Notes: generated by a model not told the origin, from the sequence alone. A stretch of 64,000 bases of DNA from Patescibacteria group bacterium (GCA_041658075.1 JBBAAW010000001.1:24778-88777), one strand, 5' to 3'; counted from the first letter of the stretch, positions 10,199-20,716 are shown. Translations and numbers: made by a program.

Positions 10199-11254
10199 TT
10201 AGTAGTTGAGGTATCCGTTGTTTAACCCTTCGTTTTTGATATCAAACTCGACCATTTCTTTGACCAGTTCTTTAAAGTTGTGTCTAGGTTTCCAACCAAG
10301 GATTTTTCTGGCCTTTGAAGGGTCACCAAGCAAAAATTCAACTTCGGAAGGTCTAAAGTATTGTGGGTCGATTTTAACATATGTCTTCTTTGTTTTTGTA
10401 TCATAACCTATTTCTTTTAGCCCCTTGCCGGTCCATTTTATTTTGATTCCAATATGTTCAAACGCCAGCTCCACAAACTCCTTTACGGTGTGGGTTTCTC
10501 CTGTGGCTACAATAAAGTCATCCGGTTCTTTGTGTTGCATCATTAGATACATCGCTTCCACATAATCCTTTGCGTGTCCCCAATCTCGAGACGTATGGAT
10601 GTTACCCAGATACAATATCTTTTGTTTTTTATGGAAAATGTCAGCTACAGCTCTGGTGATTTTTCTAGTCACAAAAGTTCTACCTCTCCTTGGCGACTCG
10701 TGGTTAAAAAGTATTCCATTGCAAGCAAAAGTCCCGTAACTATCGCGGTAGTTTTTAACCGTCCAATAAGAAAAAACCTTTGATATGGCATAGGGAGATT
10801 GGGGGTTAAAGGGGGTAGTTTCCTTTTGAGGAGTTTCAAGAACTTTTCCAAACATTTCGCTTGAGGAAGCTTGATAAAATTTGGTTTGTGGACTTGTGTG
10901 CCTAACGGCCTGTAACAACCTTAGCGTTCCCAGAGCATCTACATCGCAGGTGTATTCGGGAATATTAAAGCTTACGCCAACGTGACTCTGTGCTCCTAGA
11001 TTGTATATCTCGGTTGGTTTGAGTCGGGCGACAAGTTCTATAAGACTGGATGAATCTGAAAGATCGCCGTAATGAAGCTGCACATCCCCTGAAGAGAAGT
11101 TCTTCTCAATTATATGGTCTATTCTGGATGAATTAAAAAGGCTGGTTCTTCTACGCAAACCATGGACCTGATACCCTTTTTGTAAGAGTAGCTCCGCCAG
11201 GTATGATCCGTCCTGTCCAGTTATTCCTGTAATAAAAGCTCGTTTTTGTGTCAT
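10199..11254 (-). CDS. gmd: GDP-mannose 4,6-dehydratase
   Basis: [37 protein letters not shown]. Confidence 0.97.
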   Translation of the reverse strand: MTQKRAFITGITGQDGSYLAELLLQKGYQVHGLRRRTSLFNSSRIDHIIEKNFSSGDVQLHYGDLSDSSSLIELVARLKPTEIYNLGAQSHVGVSFNIPEYTCDVDALGTLRLLQAVRHTSPQTKFYQASSSEMFGKVLETPQKETTPFNPQSPYAISKVFSYWTVKNYRDSYGTFACNGILFNHESPRRGRTFVTRKITRAVADIFHKKQKILYLGNIHTSRDWGHAKDYVEAMYLMMQHKEPDDFIVATGETHTVKEFVELAFEHIGIKIKWTGKGLKEIGYDTKTKKTYVKIDPQYFRPSEVEFLLGDPSKARKILGWKPRHNFKELVKEMVEFDIKNEGLNNGYLNY

Positions 11255-11347
11255 AAGCTAATCTTAAAAGCGACTTGTAAATAGTATAGTAATTCATGCA
11301 ATAACGCAACACTAAGTGAAAGACTTTCTTGCTTAGGAAGTGTAAGA

Positions 11348-12292
11348 CTAAACGTTACTAGAGGGCTGTTTACTAAGATGACCTTTGGGGTTACTTTCAT
11401 CAACTAGATACCGGGCAAATTGCATAACCTCTACCAGTATGGTTTCCCTCTGCATACGACGCTTTTCGATAAAATCTCCAGCTAGCGTTTCCTCCATTGC
11501 TTTTTGCTTCGGCGGATAGGAAAAGGGAATATCCACACCAACAACTTTCCTATCAGAATGAAGTGCAGCTAATACAGGAAAAAAGTCAAAATTTGTGTAT
11601 CGTTCCGGATTGGCTCCTCCTCGCCTTTTTGCCCATTCCGGATCATCGACTTGATATCGCTCCATAAACATCCTTACTAGTTCTGGATCGTTTCTGAATG
11701 CTTTCACTCCAAAAAACCAATCGAATTGAGTGTCCGTGGGGAGGATCCCCAGATGTTGAGCAATCCTGTTGCACCACCTATTTCCAAACTCTTCTGATTC
11801 CACCTGAAAGCTTGGATATGTTGTCCTGAATAGGGACGGGTCGCGTCCGGCCATTACTATATCGGCTTCCCCTCTGGCTATGGGATCCACCAATTGCGAT
11901 ATGTAAGGTATTACTTCAGTTTTTTCTGCTTGAATCAACAGAAGGACTCTCGGATTCAGATCAACGGACTTTTCCAGCGCTTCTCTTTTAGCCTCTACCA
12001 TGCCAGGCTTTTCCTGTGCGAGAACTTTTACTCCCATACGCTCTAAAGTTTCAAGGTATTCTTTTGAGCTTCCACCATCTACAACTACAACTTGGTAGTC
12101 GCCTTCTACTGCTTGTCTGAATGTATCAATGGAAGCGTTTCCGCGCGCGGAGTCGGCATTAGTTATATCCGTTTGACTTGATTGCCAATTTTTGTAGAAC
12201 GTGGTGGCAAAAACAACTACATCATGGGGGTTTAACTTCTCATAACTTTGTTGAGACTCATTTCCTACGTTAGTTAACTGAGTTGCTAGCAT
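11348..12292 (-). CDS. GT-A-fold (GT2-like) protein, divergent
   Basis: VVVVDGGSS, GEADIVMAGR. Confidence 0.6.
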   Translation of the reverse strand: MLATQLTNVGNESQQSYEKLNPHDVVVFATTFYKNWQSSQTDITNADSARGNASIDTFRQAVEGDYQVVVVDGGSSKEYLETLERMGVKVLAQEKPGMVEAKREALEKSVDLNPRVLLLIQAEKTEVIPYISQLVDPIARGEADIVMAGRDPSLFRTTYPSFQVESEEFGNRWCNRIAQHLGILPTDTQFDWFFGVKAFRNDPELVRMFMERYQVDDPEWAKRRGGANPERYTNFDFFPVLAALHSDRKVVGVDIPFSYPPKQKAMEETLAGDFIEKRRMQRETILVEVMQFARYLVDESNPKGHLSKQPSSNV

Positions 12293-12335
12293 GCACGCAT
12301 TTTAGTATGAAATATAGCGGAAAACAAGAACAAAG

Positions 12336-13145
12336 TTATTTCTCTAGAATAATCCGATGAGATAGATAGCGTCCAAAGACCTGGGCCGCACCCATATCGG
12401 GAATGTAAACCTTTACCCTATTTTCATCAGAGTCGGGCAAGTCCTCAAGGCGCAGGGTTACACCTTGCTCGTCTAGGAACTTCGCCACTTGCTCATCTTT
12501 CACAAGCGCTTCGTAATGGGGATCATAAAATTCCCAGCTTTTAGTTGTTTCGTTGTACCTCATTTTGGGAGAGGTAGGACCTATAAATGCTTTCCCGCCA
12601 TGCTTTAGCACACGGCATATATCCATGATTCCTTCCTGCCAAATTTCTTTATTATGAATGTGCTCGGCTACATGGAATACTAATATGGTGTCAAAAGTTT
12701 CGTCTACAAAAGGTAAATCGTTCAAGAGCCCCGCCACCCCCATTAGTTTTGTTTGGTATTTACGAGCGGCTGATATTATTGCCGTGTTTCTGTATTTCTG
12801 AAACATAAAATCAGGACTTAACTCAAACACTTTTGCCCCGCAGTCTCTTTCTCTCAATTCTGTGGCTATCTTGACTTCAGAGCCGGCACCAAGATCCAAT
12901 ATAACTTTATCGTTTAAATCACTTTCGCTGAATCCAAGTGCATTTTGATATTGTTCTAGGGTTCGTCCGCCTTCAGGCACGGTCACATTTTTGTGGTCTA
13001 TGGTTCCAGCCTCCCAACCCTTCCCTCCCTTTATCACCTCATGCACGGCATCTTCTGAGGGTTCGCTCGTACTGTTTTTACCGGCAAAAGTATCTCCGAT
13101 TCTTCTTTCGAATTCAACAATGCTTTCAACAAATTTCATGTTCAT
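12336..13145 (-). CDS. Class I SAM-dependent methyltransferase
   Basis: VILDLGAG, LPFVDETFD, RVLKHGG; start moved to ATG 13145 or 13139 to avoid overlap with the divergent gene. Confidence 0.8.
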   Translation of the reverse strand: MNMKFVESIVEFERRIGDTFAGKNSTSEPSEDAVHEVIKGGKGWEAGTIDHKNVTVPEGGRTLEQYQNALGFSESDLNDKVILDLGAGSEVKIATELRERDCGAKVFELSPDFMFQKYRNTAIISAARKYQTKLMGVAGLLNDLPFVDETFDTILVFHVAEHIHNKEIWQEGIMDICRVLKHGGKAFIGPTSPKMRYNETTKSWEFYDPHYEALVKDEQVAKFLDEQGVTLRLEDLPDSDENRVKVYIPDMGAAQVFGRYLSHRIILEK

Positions 13146-13209
13146 TTGATAATAAAGGAAAAGTCTAATTTTCTCAATTTGTATGCACATTATTACAACC
13201 CTATAGTAT

Positions 13210-13284
13210 TTGACGATATAGACTTTTTGGCGTAAAATAGCCGTATCTAGCAATCCAGCTAGTCTTGAAAACAAAATAGAGGTG
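13210..13284 (+). promoter_or_regulatory. Sigma70-type promoter and SD of the 13289 gene
   Basis: TTGACG(13210)-17 nt-TAAAAT(13233); GAGGTG at 13279-13284. Confidence 0.65.
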
Positions 13285-13288
13285 AAAA

Positions 13289-14032
13289 ATGGACGCGTAT
13301 CTGCGTGCACTTGAGCAACAGTTGGAGCCGCTGTACCACATTCCCCATGTCGTTGGGGGGCACGAGATCAGTCATGTGAGGATGATGTTGGCGCGAGCTA
13401 AAGGGGTGCTTGAGGCGATCAGCCGATACTACCCCGGCCTCGACCCGGCAGACGATGGAACTTTCACAGAGCTTCTTGCCGCTATTTGGTGGCACAACGT
13501 CGACCGGGTTCGGGAGTGGAAAGTAGATGTACAGAAAGCGGGGGGTGACGAGCCTTATGTGCTGATGCAGCTCGCTGACAGTCCTTTCGAAAACGACGCG
13601 CGTGCGCGCATCGCGTACGCGGTGGCAAACCACTCTCAGAGGGAGTGTCAAATCGGTGAACATCCCTGGTTGCTGGTTGCCTTGATGGACCTGGACAAGA
13701 TGGTCAGGCTATTCCCGCTCAATGTCATCGAAGGGGCACAACACCAGCTCGAGGATAACCCGATATACGATCCGGAACCGGAACACCTCTTCGACTACAA
13801 GAAGGCACGCCGAAGCTTATGGCGCGCATTCATGTGGAACTTGGAGTGGGTGCCCATGCTTTCTTGTGACGAGGTGCGTGCGTTGATTGAGAAAGCACAC
13901 TTCCGTGCGTTCATCGACTTCCTGCGGGCTCTGGGGGCTGACATCGCGGAGCGTGAGGGAGTGCCGAACGGAGTCGAAGGGCAGATTGAACTAGCTCTGG
14001 GTGAATATTACCAGGAGTTTGCCTGCTCGTGA
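13289..14032 (+). CDS. HD-superfamily-like protein with HN in place of HD; GC-rich singleton
   Basis: GHEISHV...AAIWWHNVDR...AVANHS...LMDLDK pattern; strong SD. Confidence 0.65.
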   Translation: MDAYLRALEQQLEPLYHIPHVVGGHEISHVRMMLARAKGVLEAISRYYPGLDPADDGTFTELLAAIWWHNVDRVREWKVDVQKAGGDEPYVLMQLADSPFENDARARIAYAVANHSQRECQIGEHPWLLVALMDLDKMVRLFPLNVIEGAQHQLEDNPIYDPEPEHLFDYKKARRSLWRAFMWNLEWVPMLSCDEVRALIEKAHFRAFIDFLRALGADIAEREGVPNGVEGQIELALGEYYQEFACS

Positions 14033-14033
14033 A

Positions 14034-14109
14034 CTTGCCTAACCGGTGGCAAGGGGGGCTACCTACAACAAAAGCATAATCTTTGTTGCAAGGGGCCTCC
14101 AATTCTTTT
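14034..14109 (+). terminator. Short hairpin plus long imperfect hairpin, terminator-like
   Basis: CTTGCC/GGCAAG; GGGGGCT..CAACAAA/TTTGTTG..GGCCTCC followed by AATTCTTTT. Confidence 0.55.
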
Positions 14110-14145
14110 CATTGGATTGACAGAAGCAGGCATTAAAGCCAAAAT

Positions 14146-17100
14146 GTGAGGATAAAATCGCCTGATAGCAAGAACATGACAAAGGTGCCCGGTAAAATTC
14201 TCATCTTTTTTCAAGCCTACAAAAGTTTCTTATCCAGACATCCCGTTGTTTCATTAATACTAAATATCCTCTGGCCGCTTCTTATCTTTCTGTGGGTTGT
14301 TTTTATCAACCGTTTTCCACAGGGCTACATTTATGTTAGTGGAGATTTTGCTCAGCCAATAAACATAGAAAACATTTTCAAAAACCTTTTTTACACTTGG
14401 GGTAATGGTATATCAGCTCCCAGCGAGGGAGGATTCTTCTCCTGGTTTGCGGCTTCTCCGTATTATTTTATCTTCTATCTTCTGCCCCACAAACTGGGTC
14501 TTAACGACACTAATATTTTGTCGTACGTACTTTTTCTTTTCTTATCACTTTCCTACTTTTCCTTCTTGTTGGCCTTAAAACTTATCTTCAAAGAAAAACT
14601 TACTGTTTTTACCAGAGTTTTTTCGCTTATCTATTCAATAAACCTCACAACTATATATTTCTACACTTACACGTGGGGTTTTTCACACCAAGTTTTTTTA
14701 TATATAACCCTTCCTTTATTGGGTGCGGTATTCTACCGTTACATTTCTAAACCTTCCCTTAATAATACGTTAGCCTTTCTTGTCTTGCTCTTTTTGTCTA
14801 TCCCCGGTTTTACTAATGTAGCGTTTTTCGTTTCTTTATGTCTATTTTTTTGTCTATTTTTGGCTTTTTCTATTCTGTTAAAAGTCGTTGTTATAAATAG
14901 GAAACTTGTTTTATCATTATTAATTCTTTCGATACTTTCTCTGCTGACTCTATCAGTTTGGGTTGCGCCTACTTACATGGCTTTACGGGGCGAATTATCG
15001 AGTTTGGCCGGTGGAATGTTTAACTTTAATCTATGGCTCAGAACCCAGTCGGCGGATATCTTGTCCATCCTGATAGGTTTACCAGGTTATGGAGGGTTCT
15101 TTCCGTTTTCTCACAACCGTTGGTTTCTTTATCTGTTTCCGTTTATTCCAATACTTCTACTTGTAGTGTTTTTAATAAAGTCAAAGAATGAACCCGCCGT
15201 TTTGCGTAAAAGACTGTCTTTAGTCTTGCTTTCAATCTGTGTTATTTTTATGTTTCTAATAAAAAAAGGGCAAGGTCCATTTGGCGAACTCACTTTAAAG
15301 GTTTTTTCCGTTATTCCTCTTTTATCTATATTTAGAAGCTACGAAAAAATCGCTCTTTTTATGCCTTTTTTGATGCTTACTGCCATTTACGGTCTCATAC
15401 CCTTAAAATTTACCGCTAACAAATATATCTACGTTGTTTTAGTGGCGACTTTGTTTGCAGGAGCTCCATTTTTAATGGGTGGCATTCAAACTAAATACAG
15501 CATAACTTTGGGCGACGATCCTACAAAGGACTACACAACTTCAAAGTATTCTGGTTTAGTTAAAATTCCTTCCGACTACTATAAAATCGCCGATATTGTG
15601 AATGCAGATACTCAGGATTCAAAGGTTCAGGATCTGCCATTCAGTGTGTTGAACACACCTGCGTGGGTAAATTACATAAAATGGAAATTAATTGGATTTA
15701 ACGTTACACAGAATCTTTTGGTAAAGCCCACCATTGGACAAAATGCCTCACAGCTAAACTTATTTAACTGGTCGCCCACTGCAGAATTTAATGGGACTCG
15801 TTTAAATCCAGAGTGGTATATAAAACTGCTTTCATACTTTAACGTTTCCCACCTTATTTACCATAAAGGTGTGGCCGATCAGTTTATCTCTCAGTCACTG
15901 CCTAAAGTTCAGGAATTAGAAAAGGAGGGTTTAATATCTAATCTATATGATGGAGAGTCTGCCTCTCTTTACAAGGTGGACGATAAATATGTTCTGCCTA
16001 GTTTTTACGTTCCCAAAGAAACATTGTTTGTGTATGACGAATTAAGATTTTTTCCGTACCTACTCCTTGTTCCGGATTACGACAAACAAACAAACTACCT
16101 TTTTAAAGAGGTTAACAAACCGACTTTGGATGAACAAAATACGAAGACAGTTGTAATATTGGAGGAACTCATCTCTTTGGATACTCTTATGGATAACACA
16201 TGGAGTCCAGCGTGGGTATGGCCCCCACAGAATGACTCCAAGGATCAAGTTGACATTCAATTGCTAAATATTGTACGGGTGGCGTTTGAGATGAAGTCGC
16301 AAAACCTATACCATAACCAACCACTGCAGGGAGAAATAGCCTTCGCACTGCAAGGATTAAAGTTGGCCGTGGAAGAAGAACTAAAGACGCGTACCCAGGT
16401 TACAGAACGTAATAAAATTATCGAAAAAGTTCTTAAGAATCTTATAATGGTTAATGTTGAGTATGGCGACCAGGGAGATGTCCACAACTTTTTTCTTTCT
16501 CTTCTGTATAATTTTGACTCTTGGGCGTTAGTAAAAGGCTGCATGTTCAGCTGCTACCCTATGGAAATTCCGGAGACCGGGGATTACGAAATCCTTGTTG
16601 AAAACTTAGACGATGCCGCCAAAAACGCAAGAATCTATTTTAAAGATAGAAACACGGGCGCTACTTTGTCCGGAGAAGCTACTCAAAACCTAAGTAAATC
16701 GAATAACGACTATGTAAATTACGGAGTTATATCCTTTACTAAGGGTAACTCTTTGTTTTTAGATTTTTACCATCGGTCGCAGATATTTCTCAAGATGTCG
16801 GAGTGGAAAAAGGAGACTGTGGACGGAAAAAACAGTATAAGCAGAGAGCTGTTAAATTTAGAACCAAATCGGAGATATCAGGTTTCCATTAAATACAATG
16901 GAGATTTAGATTCAGTTTCTTTTACGATTGTTGAGGATAGCTCTGTTCCAAATGCATCGGTACTACAGTTGGGAGAGATCTTAAAAAAGACGGGGCAGGA
17001 CCCATTCTTCTTTGCAGGAAATGTCGGTGGAACAAGCAAGCTTTATCTTTACAACAAGGACGGAAAGGATATTAACTCTTTAGATATTGGCGATATAAGG

Positions 17101-17523
17101 GTGGAGGAGATCTTTAGTCCCAAAATAATTCTGAAACAAACTAAAACATCAATCGGCACATCTCCGGAGAGTCCGGAAATACAAATAAAAAAGGTTAATC
17201 CAACCAAATACCTTATTTTAGTTAGCAAAGCAACCGGTCCGTATTCTCTGGTATTTAGTGAAAGTTTTCATAGTCAATGGAAGCTGTATCTTAAGGGAAA
17301 AGAGATAGCTAAGGATAATCATTTTGTGGCAAACGGCTACGCTAACTACTGGGTAATCAACCCCCAAGATACGGAGAATCTAAGTTCGTATGATCTTGTA
17401 GTGGAATACAGACCCCAAATTCTATTTTATTATGGCGCAATAATTTCCCTTTCGACTTTGTTTCTTCTCTTTTTAGTACTATGTCTAAGAAAAATTATCC
17501 AAAAAGGAAAAACTTATGAGTAA
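14146..17523 (+). CDS. Large polytopic membrane protein, GT-C/YfhO/AftD-like, with extracytoplasmic domain and C-terminal TM
   Basis: Many N-terminal TM helices, SGDF loop, LVFSESFHSQW...ANGYANYW...YRPQ C-terminus typical of YfhO-like proteins. Confidence 0.7.
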   Translation: MRIKSPDSKNMTKVPGKILIFFQAYKSFLSRHPVVSLILNILWPLLIFLWVVFINRFPQGYIYVSGDFAQPINIENIFKNLFYTWGNGISAPSEGGFFSWFAASPYYFIFYLLPHKLGLNDTNILSYVLFLFLSLSYFSFLLALKLIFKEKLTVFTRVFSLIYSINLTTIYFYTYTWGFSHQVFLYITLPLLGAVFYRYISKPSLNNTLAFLVLLFLSIPGFTNVAFFVSLCLFFCLFLAFSILLKVVVINRKLVLSLLILSILSLLTLSVWVAPTYMALRGELSSLAGGMFNFNLWLRTQSADILSILIGLPGYGGFFPFSHNRWFLYLFPFIPILLLVVFLIKSKNEPAVLRKRLSLVLLSICVIFMFLIKKGQGPFGELTLKVFSVIPLLSIFRSYEKIALFMPFLMLTAIYGLIPLKFTANKYIYVVLVATLFAGAPFLMGGIQTKYSITLGDDPTKDYTTSKYSGLVKIPSDYYKIADIVNADTQDSKVQDLPFSVLNTPAWVNYIKWKLIGFNVTQNLLVKPTIGQNASQLNLFNWSPTAEFNGTRLNPEWYIKLLSYFNVSHLIYHKGVADQFISQSLPKVQELEKEGLISNLYDGESASLYKVDDKYVLPSFYVPKETLFVYDELRFFPYLLLVPDYDKQTNYLFKEVNKPTLDEQNTKTVVILEELISLDTLMDNTWSPAWVWPPQNDSKDQVDIQLLNIVRVAFEMKSQNLYHNQPLQGEIAFALQGLKLAVEEELKTRTQVTERNKIIEKVLKNLIMVNVEYGDQGDVHNFFLSLLYNFDSWALVKGCMFSCYPMEIPETGDYEILVENLDDAAKNARIYFKDRNTGATLSGEATQNLSKSNNDYVNYGVISFTKGNSLFLDFYHRSQIFLKMSEWKKETVDGKNSISRELLNLEPNRRYQVSIKYNGDLDSVSFTIVEDSSVPNASVLQLGEILKKTGQDPFFFAGNVGGTSKLYLYNKDGKDINSLDIGDIRVEEIFSPKIILKQTKTSIGTSPESPEIQIKKVNPTKYLILVSKATGPYSLVFSESFHSQWKLYLKGKEIAKDNHFVANGYANYWVINPQDTENLSSYDLVVEYRPQILFYYGAIISLSTLFLLFLVLCLRKIIQKGKTYE

Positions 17524-17896
17524 AAAGCATCACAAAGATCAGCCGTTAGTGGAGAGTTACACGGACTCTGTATTGGAGAGCGGGATGTTCTGGTTATTTG
17601 CGTCAATTACCTTTGTGGTATTTCTTGAAATGCTTTTCTTTCCCAAAGTTCCTGATCTTTTAGAGCTACTGCTAATATTGCTGTGGCGATTTTCTGTGGA
17701 GAAAAATAAACATCCTCAAAAGATATTAACAGTCTCGGTTTGCGTAATAACACTATTTATCCCCTTCCTTTTAATGATTGGTCGATCCGATCTGGCAAAG
17801 GAATTTGCTATTTGGATGTTTTATATTTTCATTGGCGAGGTTGGTTTGGAGGCATGGAAAATAATAAAACAGGGTTGGAGACCCGATGTCAAATAA
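17516..17896 (+). CDS. Small membrane protein, about 4 TM
   Basis: Hydrophobic ORF whose start overlaps the end of the upstream gene. Confidence 0.7.
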   Translation: MSKKHHKDQPLVESYTDSVLESGMFWLFASITFVVFLEMLFFPKVPDLLELLLILLWRFSVEKNKHPQKILTVSVCVITLFIPFLLMIGRSDLAKEFAIWMFYIFIGEVGLEAWKIIKQGWRPDVK

Positions 17897-17990
17897 TTAC
17901 TAAATTTGTGAGTCTTATACCCACTTGCCGTTTTCCATGAAAACCCTGACAAATCTGTATGATATGCCAGAATGTTTAACAACATCGACA

Positions 17991-19097
17991 TCACTGCTTC
18001 CATCCTTTCCTGCTGGCTTCTGCCTTTTTAAACAGTCCGGCGATGGTTCCTAACGCATACATCCATAAAGTAATCTCGCATGCTAGTGGATGAAAAAACC
18101 AAGCAGGATCCCGTTTTTTAGTGTAGCCTTTTACAGCCTCATACAATAAGGGAAAAACCGTTAAACAACTTAGTAAGAACTTTATCATTCCGAACTTATT
18201 CATTACTGCAGATACAAACAAAGAAATTACCCCCTGCACCTTCTCTGTAATTACAGCTTTTCCCGTTCCTAACTCATCTTTAGCCTCCCATTCAAAATCC
18301 CGATTTTTAGCAACAAATTTAGAATATAAAAGATCACTAATTCGTCTTCGTTGTTTCCTGGCAAATTTTTTGATATCACTTTCACAAAAAGTATGGATAA
18401 TTCCATTTTTTACTTTAATAAAAGTTACGGCGCCGTTTTTCTTTAGGGATTTTGCAACGATGTCTATATCAAACAAGTAGTCTCCTTTTGCGGCTTCCTT
18501 TAAAAAACCGGTTCTGAAAACAGTTCCGTTCGCACCGATCGTTGGTAGACCCCTTTTGTCAAATTTCACCACAAGGTACCCCCCTTTATCAACTTCTTCA
18601 TGCGGAACTTCAGTCCACCTTCCTGTAAGTAGGTTCATTCGGTCATAATCTCCCAAAAAGTGTACAAAGGGATCGTTCATTCCTATCAAGGCGCAATATC
18701 TGGCAATAAAACCATCCTGGGCGCGCCAGGTGTATTCCCAAGGCTCGCTTCCAACGGCTTCAGGTTCCTTTATTAAGGGATCTATCATATCCCTCATCCA
18801 ATTTGTATCAGGCAAAATGTTATCCGAATCTATTAAGACAACAAAATCCCCGGTAGCGGCCCGTAAGGCAGCCATTTTCCCCGCTTCCCCCGTTTTTAGT
18901 TTATTTTCCACGACTTTAGCCCCGTATTTAAATGCAATATCTAAGGTTTTGTCTTTTGAGCCCCCGTCGGCAACGATAATCTCTATTTTCTCTTTTGGAT
19001 AATTTTGAATGGAGATAGATTTAAGGCACAATTCAAGAACCGATGCGGCGTTTAGTGTAGGAATTAAAACAGAAACTTTAGGTTTAGAATCGCTCAT
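17991..19097 (-). CDS. Glycosyltransferase family 2
   Basis: VSVLIPTLN, VADGGSKD, IDSD. Confidence 0.9.
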   Translation of the reverse strand: MSDSKPKVSVLIPTLNAASVLELCLKSISIQNYPKEKIEIIVADGGSKDKTLDIAFKYGAKVVENKLKTGEAGKMAALRAATGDFVVLIDSDNILPDTNWMRDMIDPLIKEPEAVGSEPWEYTWRAQDGFIARYCALIGMNDPFVHFLGDYDRMNLLTGRWTEVPHEEVDKGGYLVVKFDKRGLPTIGANGTVFRTGFLKEAAKGDYLFDIDIVAKSLKKNGAVTFIKVKNGIIHTFCESDIKKFARKQRRRISDLLYSKFVAKNRDFEWEAKDELGTGKAVITEKVQGVISLFVSAVMNKFGMIKFLLSCLTVFPLLYEAVKGYTKKRDPAWFFHPLACEITLWMYALGTIAGLFKKAEASRKGWKQ

Positions 19098-20679
19098 TTT
19101 TAGTGGGAACCAGGTGGCTAAACATACTTCTCCCCGCGTCGATCCAAAACTTAGGTGACAGCATATTCACCTTGGTTTGGTTTTTATCAAAGTCGAGCAA
19201 ATGTCCCAAGAGTCGTTTAGCACTCATAGCATAAAACTTAACATCATCTACTTTTCTTATAGACAGAATTTTGCGGACAAAATACTGCGGCGTAAAAAAG
19301 CTCGAATACAGCTCCTGCGTCATTTCAAAAAGCCTGGCCTCCGCAAAAGGAATCTTCATAACCGGTTTTCTCATGTCAAACTCCCCGTAATCTTTAGGAT
19401 CCACGGCAAACAAGCCTTTTTCCACGCATTCTTTATACAAAGGTGTTCCCGGATAGGGGATAACAATAGTGGCCTGCATGGTGTCAACGTAACCCTTTTT
19501 AAACAAACTCTTGGCTAGTGCAATAGTGTTTTGTGCCATTTCTTCCGTTTCCCATGGATAGCCCAGCATTACGGTAATATGTGGCTCCAAGCCGGCCTTT
19601 TTAGCCATTCGCACGCCTTCTTCTATTTGTTCCACTTTTAGACCTTTGTCCAGTTTGTCCAGCGTTTCCTGATTTGCGCTCTCCATGCCGTATAAAATAA
19701 AGCGGAAGTTAGCCTTACCCATTAAGTCGTAATAGTCTTGCGACAGGGCATTAAGGCGCATATTACAGCTAAAAACCACTTTTTTGTTATAACCGGACTC
19801 TATGAGAAGCTCGCAAAACTTTTTTAGGGGTGGACCAACAAAGAGCGTTCCCGCGTCGTCAAAAATTTCTTTGACTTTATACTTGTCGACAACATATTTA
19901 ACCTCCGCAAAGAGTCGTTCCGGTGAGAACCGGCGATAGGTTCCTTGCGGATTTAGAGTGTGATCCCAAACGCAAAAAGTGCAGCGACCCCACCAGCAAT
20001 CTCTGCCGGAATACATGTAGGTGGCGGGAGTGTATTTGTAGTTGCCGTTGGTGTAGGCGTAAAGCTCCCATTTGGTAAGATCGCGATCGACAAAGGGAAG
20101 CTCGTCCAGATTATGCTTTTGGACTAGTGGGCCGGATACCCAAAAAGCGCCTTCTTCTTTTGCCATATCGCCAAGTTTTATCTTAGTGTCACCTTTTCTG
20201 CCCCAAATCCCGCCCGGCAAAACCGTGCCTTTGGTAATGGAGTCGGCAAGGTCGCTAAGCATAAAGTCATAGTCGCCACCGGTAAGTATATAGTCAACCT
20301 GGCAGTTGTTTAGCGTTTCTTTAGGATCTTGTGTTACATGGTCGCCAACCATAGCAATTAACATGTTGGGAAGTTTTTCTTTAAGTTCGTTCACGATTTT
20401 CCAGTGTTGTTTTGCCACAGGAGCCTTGGTTTCCAGCATTAATAAGTCAGGCGACTCTTTTTGAAGTTCATCGAGCCATTGGACGTAAGTTTGTTTTGAA
20501 GCAATGCCGTCCATCCAAACCACGTCATACCCACGCTCTTTTGCCAGCGACGCAGCATAAGCCGGAACCATGGGGTAAATGTAAGTTGGGGCGTTAAAAT
20601 ATTGAAATTGACGATTTTGAGTAAGAAGCGGTGTTCCTTTTGGCGACTCTATAGGAGGATATCCTATGGCGATTTTCAT
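19084..20679 (-). CDS. Radical SAM protein with N-terminal B12-binding-like domain (HpnJ/class B-like)
   Basis: Start moved to ATG 20679 (MKIAIGYPP); RDCWWGRCTFC, YGMES, MLGYPWET, PYPGTPLY. Confidence 0.88.
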   Translation of the reverse strand: MKIAIGYPPIESPKGTPLLTQNRQFQYFNAPTYIYPMVPAYAASLAKERGYDVVWMDGIASKQTYVQWLDELQKESPDLLMLETKAPVAKQHWKIVNELKEKLPNMLIAMVGDHVTQDPKETLNNCQVDYILTGGDYDFMLSDLADSITKGTVLPGGIWGRKGDTKIKLGDMAKEEGAFWVSGPLVQKHNLDELPFVDRDLTKWELYAYTNGNYKYTPATYMYSGRDCWWGRCTFCVWDHTLNPQGTYRRFSPERLFAEVKYVVDKYKVKEIFDDAGTLFVGPPLKKFCELLIESGYNKKVVFSCNMRLNALSQDYYDLMGKANFRFILYGMESANQETLDKLDKGLKVEQIEEGVRMAKKAGLEPHITVMLGYPWETEEMAQNTIALAKSLFKKGYVDTMQATIVIPYPGTPLYKECVEKGLFAVDPKDYGEFDMRKPVMKIPFAEARLFEMTQELYSSFFTPQYFVRKILSIRKVDDVKFYAMSAKRLLGHLLDFDKNQTKVNMLSPKFWIDAGRSMFSHLVPTKNERF

Positions 20680-20716
20680 GAAATCGATTATAGCAGATTT
20701 GAAATAGGGGTTTGGT

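Noticed and set aside
12336-13310. Long N-terminal extensions in the ORF track (also 7244-8305, 19084-20847, 25171-26583, 51511, 52505, 54978, 58997)
   Set aside because: They overlap neighbouring genes or hairpins; downstream ATGs fit the family N-termini and often the -10 spacing
14037-14110. Integron attC site (GCCTAAC fits RYYYAAC just after the stop)
   Set aside because: No matching GTTRRRY end, the other cassette hairpins lack core sites, and there is no intI in the window
19084-20679. Radical SAM enzyme as maturase of the six-Cys peptides
   Set aside because: 33 kb away, B12-domain class with no SPASM/RRE features, and coupled to a glycosyltransferase
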